NCBI GenBank assembly: GCA_045837725.1
Contig: JBEWZL010000132.1
Coordinates: 1-64,000 of the forward strand
Direction of reading: 5' to 3'
Length of the DNA: 64,000 nt
Source of the DNA: Vermamoeba vermiformis
Lineage: Eukaryota
Each line of letters starts with the position of its first letter. The first letter of the stretch is position 1. The position numbers were made by a program, and so were the translations under genes. Under the pieces are notes generated by a model. That model did not search any database, was not told the DNA's origin, and worked only from the letters and a program-made list of their open reading frames with translations. Of the stretch, positions 1 to 12,877 are shown piece after piece.

Positions 1-301
1 GTCTAATAATCTACTTTAACTTCAGTTTGCCAAAAAAAATACTGCTTGAAGGCTGTTTATCAAACAACTTGAGTCCTCACATTGGCAGCATTGGTGAAGT
101 ATGGGTAACACGCTTGCTAACTTGAAATACCAACTGAAATAATTAGTAGCCACCACCTACTACCTATTAGAGCATATTCTGAAGGTCCGCACCAGGGTTG
201 CCCATACATTTCCATTGCTTGCAAAACAGGTTTCTAAAAAAGAGTACCAACTCTCTGCAAACTTCATTTATTTCAGTTCTACCACTTGTTTCCCTTGTTT
301 G

Positions 302-518
302 AAGGCAGTCCTACGTCCTGCCTTGATCTTGTTCAATTGAATTTTTGCCAAATATTTGCAGAGCCAGTCAGTGCCTGTTGCCTGCACTTCTTGAGGGGAG
401 GCAGGGCCTTCATCCCTGCCTCTAAACTGTTACAGCCTCCACAAACACTTTAAACACAATTGTATCAATGCAATTATATCATTTCCCTCTGATTGCAGGC
501 AGTCTTACAGCCTGCCTG
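302..518. repeat. Three related AGGCAG...CTGCCT hairpins spaced about 97 bp apart; probable decayed mobile-element remnant
   Basis: Stems at 302-324 (aaggcag/ctgcctt), 398-422 (gaggcaggg/ccctgcctc) and 496-518 (caggcag/ctgcctg), in CpG-poor non-coding DNA. Confidence 0.5.
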
Positions 519-1101
519 GTAACTGGTATCAAAAAAACCAGCTAAATTGCACCTTCTGCAACCTAATCTGCAAATTTGCAGATATGGTACTTTATTTAAA
601 TTTATCACCTTTTTCAATTATTTTCATACTCTTTATTCATATTTTGAACCCTTTTTACAAGCAGCACATCAATTGCGCAATTCAAATTTTTTAATTTTTT
701 TCGCACTTTGCCGAATCCTTTCCAAAATCAATTTTTAAGCTTGTAACAGCATATTTACATGTATTAAAGGTATTATTTTATTATTCTGATCATCTTTTTT
801 TACCAAAGCCTGTCATCAGCAGTGTCTTCTGCCCCGTCTTCAGTTGTTGTCATCGGCACCCAAATTTTCGCAAAATTATTTCGGACTTACCTCAACTTTC
901 TCATTGTTTTTGATAATTTGGGCATAATTAGCCTCCTCTGAAGTGTATTTGGGCAAATTTTGAGACGCGCTGCCCTCGGCCTAGCGGCCTCGGACAGCGC
1001 CGAAGATCCCATTGTATACCCAGGTTGAACACAGACCCACGACCTTATGTACAGTGCTGTGACACTATTATAATTAATATATCACCTGCTAAATCAGCCC
1101 A

Positions 1102-3541
1102 ATGAGTGACAGATCTACTGGTAAGAAAATAATTTATTTAATAATTTCCGAAAATTGTTCGAGTTTTACGTAATGTCGTTTTAACACCAAATACTATAGA
1201 TTCCTGGGTCGATTCCATTGATATGTCAGATATATTTAATGACTATGTTGATGACACCACTACGACAGATCCTTTCGACGACGTTGACATGTCGTCGATG
1301 TTTGAAGGTATTTTTATTACGCACAGTAATTGCGAAAATTAATGATTATTTGCCAACAGATTGGGACCAAAATTTAGCATTAGTTTATCAACCTCCTAAC
1401 AAACGACACTATAATTCAAAGAAATCGACAGTTGTCGAACGACGCCAGCCAACTGTGAAACTTGCACACGGATCACGATTTGAAAACGTTCAAAATGAAC
1501 AATGCTGCTCACAACAATGCTTGCAATTGCTTTCATTATCTCAATTGAAGCGAATTCGATTACCTTTTATTACCAAAAATGAAAGAGAAAGGTGTGTATG
1601 GCATGTCCTTAGTATCTTGCGACTAACACTCAACAGATCAGACTGGTTGTTGGATGTTTTGCGAGCTTCATCAATTAACAAAGGAGACGCATTAAAGATA
1701 GTATACAAGCTTGATGGCCATGTAGTGTGTCGAACTGCGTTCACAAAAGCATTGGGAATCAGCACAAAAAAACTTTCATCAGTAGTTAACTTGGTGAAAA
1801 CACAAGCAGTAGTTATTGTCCCCCATGGTAATAGTCTTCGACAATACAAGACTCCTCAGCGCGACAAAGTGGAAGCCTTCATTCTTGGATTGACAAATGT
1901 ATTTTTTGACGAGCAACCGGACTCTGACGAATGGCATTGCCCAATCATCTTGAACAAAAAACTCTTATATGAAGAGCTGTTAGAACAGAATACTCATAAT
2001 CCCCCTTCAAAGCAAGTGTTTTACAGCACAATTCAACATTACCAATGGATCAAATTTCCGAAAAACACAAGACTAGGAAAATGCGATGAATGTGTCAAGC
2101 TCAGAATGTAAGTACATATGTTTATAGCAGCAGATCTGATTCCAATGTAGAGAACTAAATCGAGCAAAACGGGAAACAGCAGTTCTAGTGCAGCTTATCA
2201 AACAAAAGTTGCGTGATCACAACACTCTCCAAAAGCTTGAACGTCTAACTTACGACACACGAAAAACATTTGATGCTACAATTCTATGGCAGACTATCTG
2301 GGATGGCTACTCAGGAGTTTTAATCCCACACATTTCATGGCCAAATTTCCCAAAGAGTTGGCTTCGCTTGCCGCGTCTTCGATTACAGGTTTCTGGTGTG
2401 ATCAATCATAACTTGGGAGTGAAAGAGCTGTATGTGTCTATAGCCCAGCAATTCGATCACGACAGCAATTACAGCATGAATCTACTGGCTATTCATATCT
2501 CAAAACAGCTTGCCAACGGACACTCTCTCCCTTCAAAATTAGTATTCCAATCAGACAACTGTTGGAGAGAGAACAAAAATATTTTTGTTCTTGGATTCTT
2601 TGCAGTTATCCTGCTGAAGAATCTCACCAAAGATATCTATTTCATCTGTTTACTGCAAGGACACACACATACAGATATTGACCAGCAAAATGTCCCGTTC
2701 GCAAAGGGACTAAAGTCATATGATTTGAAGACAGGTGCAATTGAAGATGTACAGCATTACGTTGATAATTGCTATGAAGAACAACCCCCATCAATCCATT
2801 ATGTGTCGACAATTTGGGACCTTAAATCTTGGATAGCCCCCTATCTACCAAAGTTGCAGGGGCATACCAAACCTCACGTCTTTTGGTTAACTCGAAATGG
2901 CAATGGGCATGTCGTTATGCGCTGGCGAGACTTCACTTCGACTGGTAATTATTCCATGTTTTGTATATAATTTCGAATTTAAACTTTCCATAGATGAGCA
3001 ATGGCAAGGAGGAGAAGATGGAGAACCAATCACAATTCTCACTGGGTTACCAGATGGCCAACCTCAACCAGTCAAACCGCACAAAATTGAAGATAACATA
3101 ATAAGTGCGACACGTCGAACTTACGACAAATTGTCCGAAGAGGAGCAACAGTATTATGAGCACCTGTTTCAGGGAAGACAAGTGGAAGATGATGATACGG
3201 CATTAAGGTTTTTGTCAGTTCAGCTTGAACAACCTTCCACTGTTGATTCCCCTCTTAGCTTCCTTCCGAAGCAAAAGCAGGTCAAGTGGAAATCGACAAC
3301 TAAAGTAACTGTTCTGACAAAAGCAGCAGTTATTAACAACCCTATCCAAACCAATATTCAACTTGACGAGGATGATATTGACGATTATGACGCACCAATC
3401 ATCATGCAACCAAGTTCTGAGACTGCTTGGACTGCAAAGCAATTCCGAGGACTAACCACTGCCAATTACGGTCGTTCACAACGTCAACGCTCCGTTCAAA
3501 ATTATGCAGAAAAACTTAACAATAACACAAACGACGAATAA
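1102..3541 (+). mobile_element. Spliced DDD transposase of the Sola-like / DUF7869 type, apparently intact (about 6 exons)
   Basis: ATG at 1102, and GT-AG introns join ORFs 1218-2111, 2188-2970 and 2897-3541. Motifs: CC-x3-C, VCRTAF..ALGIS, KCDEC, TIWDG, QSDNCWRENKN, GHTHTDIDQ. Confidence 0.75.
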
Positions 3542-3914
3542 TAAAAAGTAGCATTTTTTTCTTTTTACAAAATACACTTTTAGATTCATTTCACGAAGAT
3601 GGCTGAGGACATGGGTTTTTCGCCAAAGGTCAACAACATCAGGATTGGTAGTTGAATCCTTGCAAACTAGTATTCAACTGCGTCAAGAGCTTTGTTTGCG
3701 TGAATCAGGATGATTGCAGAGGTAAAGATATTACACCTCTACAAGTGGTACGAAAAGTGTATTAATTGACTGTAGGGCTGCAAAGATGTTTAAAAAGAAG
3801 ATAATTTAATATTTTTGCTCGTTCTTTGATTTTAACTGGTAATACTACTGGATGAATGAATGGTGATGGCAGAATTACACTACCAAAGGCATTTATTTAC
3901 AGATTTCAATCATA

Positions 3915-6465
3915 CTACAATCCCAATTCTTGTTTCAGTTTATCACGTTCAGATTGGTTGCCGAGTATTTCCAAAGTGTTAATGAAGTTGTGGCGATCAG
4001 TGACTTTCGGAAACAATAATTTCAAAGCCTCCACTTGTTCTGTTGCAAGTTTGAACAGTGAAATTGTGATCTCCTTGGCATCTGCACTGGTGATTGGAGG
4101 CAGGTTGGAAATTTCATGTTGCAATTGGTCCAGTTGATTCATAGTAAATTGCTTGCTGTGAAGTTTCCAAATTAACGCTGTGACTTTTGAGTTTGTAGGC
4201 TGAGGCTGCAAAGATTGGCCAAGATATGGAGGTAGTGCATTTGGGAGTTGAGGGTTAGGGTATGCCCTTATCTGCTCCTCTGAGTGAAGTGGAGCTTTAG
4301 GTGGGATAGCTGTATTATATGAACTTTGAAGTGCAGGGTATACTGGTGGATAAAGATGTGATGCAGGTGATAAACTGTTGTGGTAATAATAATCAGTTTG
4401 GTTTGATTGAGGCTGTGGTGGCTGATAAAAATTCTGACTCATTAGTGGACTGAATTGAGGTGGAAAATATTGCGGATGAGATTGCATGAGTTGTGAAGTC
4501 TGTTGCTGCAAATGAGCTGGACTAAATTGACTTTGACTCAATGGACTAGGAGAGTACTGTGGTTGAGCTTGATGAATCTGCCGAGATGGGTGGTAATGTA
4601 CATTAGATGGTGATCGATTTGGAGGAGGAGGAACTCTGACAGTAATAACCTGATGTGGGTATTGAGGTGGGTATTGAGGTGGGTATTGAGGTGGCTGTTG
4701 TGATTGGCTGAGATGGCTGAACGGAGGTGGAAGTTTGACATGGTCTGAGGAATACTCGGTGAACCAGACATTCTCTCTATGGCCATCAAAAAATCCAAAC
4801 ACAATCAGATAATCTACTTGTTGTGCACCAAACAGCTGGAGATAAAATACATTGCCGGACTGATTTCTGAACTGCGCTTCTTTGACACTAAGAAAGGCAG
4901 AGTTTGTTCTAGGGATTGCAGGCTCGTTTGTGATGAGCCAATGGGCGTAATTCTTGCACAATGTGTTGCCTTTGGGAAGTGGCCCAGCTGCTGCAACTGC
5001 TCTTTTGAGGTGCTCATCTTTGTCGTTCTCAAGCGAGACAGGAATATCGTTGAACCGGATATACCAGATCCGAGAAAGGACCATCCCTTCATTGTTGTTT
5101 CCAAGTTGATCGATCGTTACTTTTTTAACTGGTTCGCTGCTTTGCAATTCGGAAATTGAGCGGGGGTGGTAGTTGATGGGTGGCACAAAGTCGAGACCAT
5201 TAATGACTTGAAATTTCATCTTTTGCAACTCTTCAATACACTCCTGGATAGTAGGTCGACTTTCAGGGTTTTTCAGGCAGCACCTGGTGATTAATAGGCG
5301 AAAATCCAAATCCGTCACGTTCTCGGCGATTTTCATGATCATTTGTTTATCGTCTTCAAATAACAGTGGAAAGTTCTTGTTTGTGATCATGTGATACATA
5401 ACAGCTCCAAAACTATAAAATAACATTAATATTATTGCTCGTAGGTAATTGCTTTTTCATCGCTGCTTGAAAGTGCTCAATATCTCAGCTTTTCTAAATA
5501 CGGCACGTCCACTAAATACCAATATAATGAAATCAACATCTACTCTCTATTCGCTAAATTTGGAAGGTGCACGTGATTATGAAGCACTGCAACTTCCCCA
5601 TGCACGCCAAAATAACTAGATCTTGTTTGTAGAAGCAAATGGACTTACGAATAAATATCAACTTTGGTGCCATATGGTTTTTCAAGCACTATTTCTGGTG
5701 CAGCAAATCCATTCGTGCCGACTCTCGAACTCGCTTTGGATTTTTGGGTGAGAATTCTTGCCGCTCCGAAATCGGCCAATTTAGCACGTGTCGATTCTTC
5801 GAAAAGCTTTAAAAACTATTACTACTAATTTAGGAGCAATATTATGGATAGTAGACTCACCAGAACATTTTCGCATTTGAGATCTCGATGAATGATTTTT
5901 TGTGAATGAAGATAAAAAATAGCCTGAGCGATATCGAGGGCAATTTGAACAGCCTTTGACTTGTCTAATGCACCTTGAGTGAGTAGCAATTTATGTAATG
6001 AACCATTCTCCGCCAGCTCGAGCACCAGCATCGTGTCATTGTCATCTGTTGTGACGCCAATGAGCGACACGATACGGTCGTGTCGTAAAGAACTAATAAT
6101 ATTTATATTTAATAAATAATCATCATTTTAAATACATACGATAAGACTTTGGCTTCTTTCAAGAGCTCTTCTTTTTCAACGTAATATTTTAATTTTTTGA
6201 CTGCGATCCGTTGGCCGTTCCAAACACCCAAATAAATAACACCAAAGCCGCCTTCTCCTAATTTATCATTCCAATTTAATTCTATTTCGTTGAAGGGAAT
6301 TTTTAGAACGTCATCCAATTCAGGTTTTGAAACTCGTGCCCGATTACGATTATTTTCCCTAAAAAAATCATTTAAAATTAGAATAAGTCGTCTTAAAATT
6401 AACGGAGCGATATAGGACGTCAAAAGTTTCGAGATTCGCTTTTTACACGATTGAACTTACTCCAT
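3915..6465 (-). CDS. TKL-group protein kinase with Pro/Gln-rich tail and C-terminal DUF4476-like helical domain
   Basis: Spliced start ATGGA|GGAA (MEENNRNR). Motifs LGEGGFG, IAVKKL, HRDLKCEN, LADFG, FAAPE. The C-terminus KLLFPKVTDRHNF...SERDKLK resembles DUF4476. Confidence 0.85.
4655..4693 (-). repeat. 12-bp coding tandem repeat (GTGGGTATTGAG)x3 encoding PQYP repeats
   Basis: Directly visible; encodes PPQYPPQYPPQYPH. Confidence 0.9.
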
Positions 6466-6652
6466 AGGGCGGGTCGGTAATGACGATGATATACGTGTAT
6501 TAATCGATGCACTTTTACATAGCTTGCAAATGTTTCTTCAGGACGGTTGTGTTGCCTGTCTCCGCTAGTTTGGAACAAAAGATCTGATGAAGTCAACGAA
6601 CAAACCAAACGACCAATTTCAAAGTTTTTATCATTTATTTACAAATATACAA

Positions 6653-9319
6653 TTAATGCTTGCTAAAGCTGTCTTGTAATCGTTGCATGATTTCTTTCGC
6701 TGAGGGCCTTGCTTTTGGATCGTGCTGCCAACACTCGGTAATTATCTGTTGGAGCACTTTATGGCAGGTAGTCGGAATACTTGGTCGTTCATTTTGCAGT
6801 GCAGCTTTCATCATAATCTGTAATTGTTAGGTAGATGCAATTAAAACGCCGTAACATACCTGCAAAGGAGTTAAATTCATGTCGGTGAACGGAGCGTAGC
6901 CAGTGACCATTGCGTACAACATCATGCCGTACGAGTACATGTCTGCCTTCTCCGAGTACACTTCGTTGTTTAGAATCTCTGGTGCACAGTACGAAGGCTA
7001 CACGTCTATTAGACACGAGCACTCTTTGATGTTAATGTTTAACTTACCGTGCCTACTTTAGTCATCACAGCTGTTTGAATTTTCTCGCGTGACACTCCAA
7101 AATCAGCAATTTTAGGATTCAGATCGTCACCAAGCTACAACGCGTTAGTTGAGTGAATCAACGAGTGCATGCACGACGTACCAAGATATTCTCCGGTTTC
7201 AGATCGCGATGAATAATTTTGCACGAGTGCAGGAAGTCAATGCCAACAGCGATGTAATACGCAATAGTCACGAGGTCCTTGAGAGGCATTTGATCCTTGC
7301 ACTTGTCGATGTAGTTCGCGAGACTCTGCGGCATGAATTCCATCACGAAACATAGTTTGGGCGGTTTGAGACACGCACCAAAACACTTGACTACATTCGG
7401 GTGTTGCACTTTGCTGATTGTTTGACGTGTCAATAGAGTACTATAGTATTGCGCACTGTAATAAGCGTCGTGTTTGACGTACCAAAGTAAAATGACCTCT
7501 TTCATGAACATCTTTTGCGCCTCTTTGTCTTGTGACGCGAGAATTTTAATCGCAACGGGTACTCGTCTATAAGTGCCTTTCAACACCTAGGCAACAATCA
7601 TCGGATTAGCTAGTGCTCGGCATAGCACTAAGACTTAAAATTACCTCGCCAAAGGCACCGGCCCCAAGCTTCTTGCCCACGCGCAGCTCGTGAAAATCGA
7701 TCTCAAACGTACTACGTCGCACTGTCCGTAGTTTGGTGTCAAAATGTCCGACGGAGCCGTTGTTCTGATCAGTTTTCAACACTGAAGCTGTCTCGTTGCT
7801 GTCGCCGACAAAATTTGCAAGTAAAGTATCTGAATTGCGATTAATAACGCTGTCATTACGCATCGTGTCGTTACTCTTTGCCACATCTTTCATTGGTGAG
7901 GCTAATGTTTTCATTACGACGGACTTGGTCACGGTACTGTTGGACTGGAACGAATTTTGCTCCACGTCCATCGGCGTCAAGTTCTGATGCAGACTAGTGC
8001 CCGCAAATGAATCAATATCGACCATTGGTGTTGCGCTGAACATCATTGTGCTCAATTTCCTCGTCAATTTGCGCTTGCCGGGCGTTGATTCCTGCGAGCT
8101 GATCATCGGCTCAGCGCTGTCCTCGTAGAACAGAGCTTGGCTAGAGTTATTTGCAATGGAGTCTTGTGACTTGTTGACTATATCAATGTCGATTAGCGTG
8201 CTTTGTTGAAGTGTTTTAGAGTGCGTTTTGTTATTGTTAGAATTGTGGTTGTTGTCGTGGTCAACTCCGTTCTCATCGTGCGTGACTTTGTACGCATCCA
8301 AATCCTACAAGAATATCATATTAGTACAGCGTATAATATGTATATCTAACGTACTGTTTCTAATGACATGAGTGAAGGTCCTTTCATTATCTGTTTGCTT
8401 TTCAAGCGCGATGATCTACGCACCGGGGTATGTTCTTTTGAAAGAATGACTGTCGCTGCGACGTCATTGATCTGTTCAAACGTTAATCAGAACAGAATCG
8501 TTCGTGAGATGCCACCGCGGCACAACTTACCTCGACGTCGTCCTTTTCTTTGTTGGGTGAGAGACTTCGTCGTGTCTTGGCTTTAACGACGCGTCTGGTC
8601 GATATTTCTTCAGGCGAGGCAACTGACGTTAAAACTTCTTTCCCGCGCGTTTTGACCGGAGTTAAAGGCTCGCTGTCTTGGGACTGACTCGGCGACAGCG
8701 TTTTTTGAGACGAACTTAGACCACCCACATCCATATGAGCCTCTATTCGCTGCCGCTTTGGGACTGGTTGCGACTGCTCTGGTGGCTCGCGGCGGATAAT
8801 AGGAAAACAAGACGATTTAATTTCACCGTCACTACAAAGAGATCTCGTTAGGCGCAGTTGAACTTCACAAGTGTTGCAACGATAAAAAAACGAAATTAAC
8901 AAATAATTAACGTACATTATTTGTCCAGGAGGTTTCAAGTTCGTGATCCAAGTAATATCGTGGCCCTCTTTAGATTTTTGCGCCCATTCGTTTTTTTCTT
9001 TGATATTTTGCTCCATAAATTCGTATTTATTTATTGTGACCTAATGACCAATAATTAGCACGTGTGTAATAATTATTGACCAAATTATATTTTAATTGGG
9101 ACGATTTTTTCTATGAAATCTGACACCCCAATTAAATAACAGCGCTTAATCGCCAAAAACCTCATGCGATAATTCAAATAAATTACTTACGCAGCGAACA
9201 ACACCGCCGTACTTCACTGGACGATTTTCAACGGGGATGTAACCGAATCTCGTTTGAATGGCCCTTCCATCGCCGTGTATTCCAAAATGGATATCAAGTA
9301 AATCATCCTCAGTAAACAT
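6653..9319 (-). CDS. TKL-group protein kinase with long N-terminal region of unknown function
   Basis: LGAGAFGE, VAIKIL, HRDLKPEN, IADFG, YCAPE across GT-AG exons; stop TAA at 6653-6655. The 5' exon (MFTEDDLLDIHFG...) splices in frame, but the N-terminal model is less certain. Confidence 0.8.
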
Positions 9320-9407
9320 GTTGTGGTGGAAAGAAATATCTACCAACAAAAGGCGCGAACCAAATTAGAATATTTTTGGATATTTTTTATTGCACACAAT
9401 TCGCACA

Positions 9408-11125
9408 CTACTCGGGAGCCCTTTTTCTCCTTTTTCTTGACTCGAGTGGATACAGATGCCGTGATTTCTGTGGTTTTCCGACCCCTGCAAAAACGAGAAC
9501 CATACTGTAGATCAAGATCAACGATCCGTAGATTGACAAAAACACCCAATCCAAAATCTTCGCCGCGTCAGGACGACCATTCTCGGTAAGAATGAACGCA
9601 ATGACGTTTTCGACAATGCTGAGCATAATACTGATGTACGTAACGACGAGATATCGCGACACGTGCGTGGCGTGCGAGATCTTAGGTATCTCTTCGACAA
9701 TAACGAAATTTAGAGCGACCTATTTGCCAGCATGAGCGCTGAAGAATCATTTAAAGTGATTGTATATGCCACGTACCGCTGCCAAGAAGAGCGAGGTTGC
9801 TGTCGATAGCCGACCAACCAAGTCACTCGGTTCTACGAAGAAAATCGCCCAGTTCATGACACTGACGAGCATCACCAGCATAATGAGGCCTTTGTAGTAC
9901 CCTACGAGTGATCAATAAGATTTCGACACTTGGCCCGTCCACTTACCAGTTTTGCGTTTGAGCTGTACCTCTAAGCAAATCTGCGAGTAATTGCGCTTGT
10001 CCTCGAATGAATACGGCTTTTCCTGGAACGTTCAAATGGACGTGAGTGTGTTGAAGCAAAAATCGATGCTTACTTCGAATATCTCCAGCGGACCCACAAT
10101 CTCCCATTCAGGCATCTCCATGTTATAACACATGTCATCGAGCTCCTCTCTGACGCACGTTAACTAATGATCGATAAGTAGCTGAGTGAAGACCCACCGC
10201 TCCGTGAAATCGATGAAATGACAGTTGCCGATGTCCCAGATCCGTGACGTGATTCGCAGACTAATTAAAAATTAACAATAGTGGTAAATGTATGTTTACT
10301 TACTTGATAATTTGAAGATCGAACGGGAATTGTTTCAGGTTGAGTGGCACGTGTACCGTCGCTCGAAATTTCTGTTTGAGCGAAAAAATGTAATTCAAAC
10401 AGCTCGGCTGAGGCGTTGACTTACTGAATAATAGTTCACTATTCCAAAGGGGCTGAAATCATCGAGCATCCAATACTAAATTAGGGTTAGCTAAAGTTGC
10501 TGTTAAGCACTCACCGTTCCCTTATCACCTTCAGGGATCTGCTTCGCTTTGAAAGTTCATGTCCGGTATCCATATTTTTGTTACATCGAAATCATCGCCT
10601 TTTTTGCCTGTAAAAAGAGATCGGATCACCAAACATTTACTTTTCGCAGTTATTTCAGAACGAACCTATCAAGCTTTTGTCTCGCCACCACATCTCTAGA
10701 GAAAATTCCATAAATACAGTCTCGTCGAAGCATTTAAAGTTCACCATCTTCGTGACGTAGAGGTTGACCAGAACATAATGCTTGTCAAAAAGCCCTGGAG
10801 CTCCAGAAGGATGAAGTTGCGCTAATCTTGCAATGCTGTAATAGTTCATTATTAATAATAGTCACTATTATCAATAATGACAAGTATTATTGTGCATACA
10901 TATCGTTCGTTTGCGACTCGCTGCGTATCTCGCTCCGTGACTGCATTTTGAAGAAGATTTTCGAACTGCGACGGCTCTCCATTTGGAAGGCCTTAACAGA
11001 AGAGTACTTTGCTATTATTACAGGATTAGCTTGAGCAGGCATTAGTGCATTTTACCTTTGGCCCAAACAGATGCGCTTGCGCCGGCATTGCTGGTCGAGC
11101 ATTCGCTGATACTTGTGTCGCTCAT
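9408..11125 (-). CDS. Cys-less pentameric ligand-gated ion channel subunit (Pro-loop receptor), copy 1
   Basis: Beta-rich ectodomain with MWWRD, Pro-loop VPLNLKQFPFDLQ, PEWEI and pre-M1 LKRK. Four TM segments, including RLSTATSLFLAA and the M2-M3 loop EIPKISHAT. Confidence 0.85.
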
Positions 11126-11290
11126 AGTCTTTGCTGTGCATCGCATTAATGTCGCTTGTCGGGTCAGTATTTGAAGGGACCTGCATTCCAATTTAATAAC
11201 CTAAAAAGGAAATTATCTTGTGTAACCCGGAAATCTTCTGCTTTGCTCGGTGTCACACCATAGGCTGCTGTATCAATAAATAACGCATAT

Positions 11291-12877
11291 TTAATTGACC
11301 ATCGCTGCATCAAACACTAAATTTCCCATGTTTTTTTGCAGTGCCGTTCGAGTGTTGACTCGTTTCTCGGGTGGGAATTGGTGCGGTAGTTTCTTTCCTT
11401 TACGCGTGCCAATAATCACGAGAACGATGCTATACGTTACTACGACAGCACCGTATACGCCTAAGAACACCCAGTCTAATATCTTGGCCGAATCCAGGCT
11501 CGCATTGCTCGCTAGGATAAACGCAATTACGTTTTCAACGATGCTCAACATTAAGCTGGTGTAAGTCACCAAGAAGTACTTGGAGACGTGCGTGCTGTGC
11601 GACACTTTCGGAATCTCTTCTCCGATCACAAAATTGAACGCAACCTGCGCCAGTTAGAGACAAAAGAACGAGACAGAGTACTTACGGCAGCCAAGAACAG
11701 CGTGACACCAATTGACAGGCGCGAATCAAGTGCTAGAGGGTCCAAGAAAAATACGGCCCATTGCATGATGCTGATCAAAAGTACCAAGAAAATGATGTTT
11801 TTCAGGTAATAGCCTGTTGAGTAAATTAATTTTCGATAACAACGCGACGATGTAGTATACCTGTTTTACGCTTCAATTGAATCTCCAAACAGACTTGCGA
11901 ATACTTGCGTCTATCCTCCGGCGAGAATGGCTTTTCCTAAGGTGTGCGTTCAGTACGTACACGAACTCATAAAAATTATCTACGTACTTCATATACTGTA
12001 AGTGGAGTCAAATTCTCCCAGTCTTGCATGTCCATATTAACGAGCATAGCATCCAATGCGTCCCTGTGACCAAGTTTAATAGCCACTCATTACACACATG
12101 GCCGTCTTACTCCGAAGTAAAATTCTTGAATACACAGTTAGCCATTCCCCAACTTCGCGAAGTGATCCTCAAACTTTAAAGAGGTTAGTTTCGAGCAAAG
12201 GTTTCACGGTGCTTCGTACTTGATTACTTGCTGGTCGAACGGAAATGACTGCAGCTCCAGCGGCACGTGCAACGTAACGCGAAATTTCTAAAATGTTAGA
12301 AAAAGTCGCTAGATCACGTATTAACTTACTGTAAAATAGCTGACTATGCCATAAGGACTGAAACGGTCGAGAATCCAGAACTACGAAAGAGAAACTTAGA
12401 ATCAACACACAAGAGTCGAATACGTACAACTCCTTTATCACCATCAGGCACGTGCTTGATTTTGAATGTACCCACAACATCGATTTCTGGATTCCACACC
12501 TTTTTTGGGTCAAAGTCGTCGCCGGTTTTACCTACAATGTTATTACTGACAGCTTATTAAATGGCTGATTGCTACCTATCAATTCTTTATCTCTCCACCA
12601 CATCACTAGCGAGAACTCTAAAAACACCGTCTCTTCAGCACTTTCAAAGTTCTCCATCTTCGTTACGTAGAGGCTCACGAGCACGTAATGCTTGTCGAAC
12701 ATTTCAGGCGCTCCGTTGGGATGAAGCCTCGTCAGGTGCTCAATACTAGTGAAGTACCTCTCATTAGCATCATTAGCAGCGAATTTAAATTACCTACACT
12801 TCGGCTGCTTGTTGGTCAAAGAAGATCTCATCTTCGTCGTCCGACTCATCGCCTCGAGATGACTGTTTCGACTCCAT
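11291..12877 (-). CDS. Cys-less pentameric ligand-gated ion channel subunit, copy 2 (tandem paralog)
   Basis: Same exon layout as copy 1; HVPLELQSFPFDQQ, RLSIGVTLFLAA, EEIPKVSHSTHVSKY. Confidence 0.85.

Noticed and set aside
1218-3541. Frameshifted pseudogene or alternative genetic code suggested by fragmented ORFs
   Set aside because: The breaks here and across the window are resolved by canonical GT-AG introns under the standard code.
1024-3633. Defined TIRs/TSD for the transposon
   Set aside because: Only 5 terminal bases and a short internal patch match, and the flanks (ccag versus aaca) do not form a TSD.
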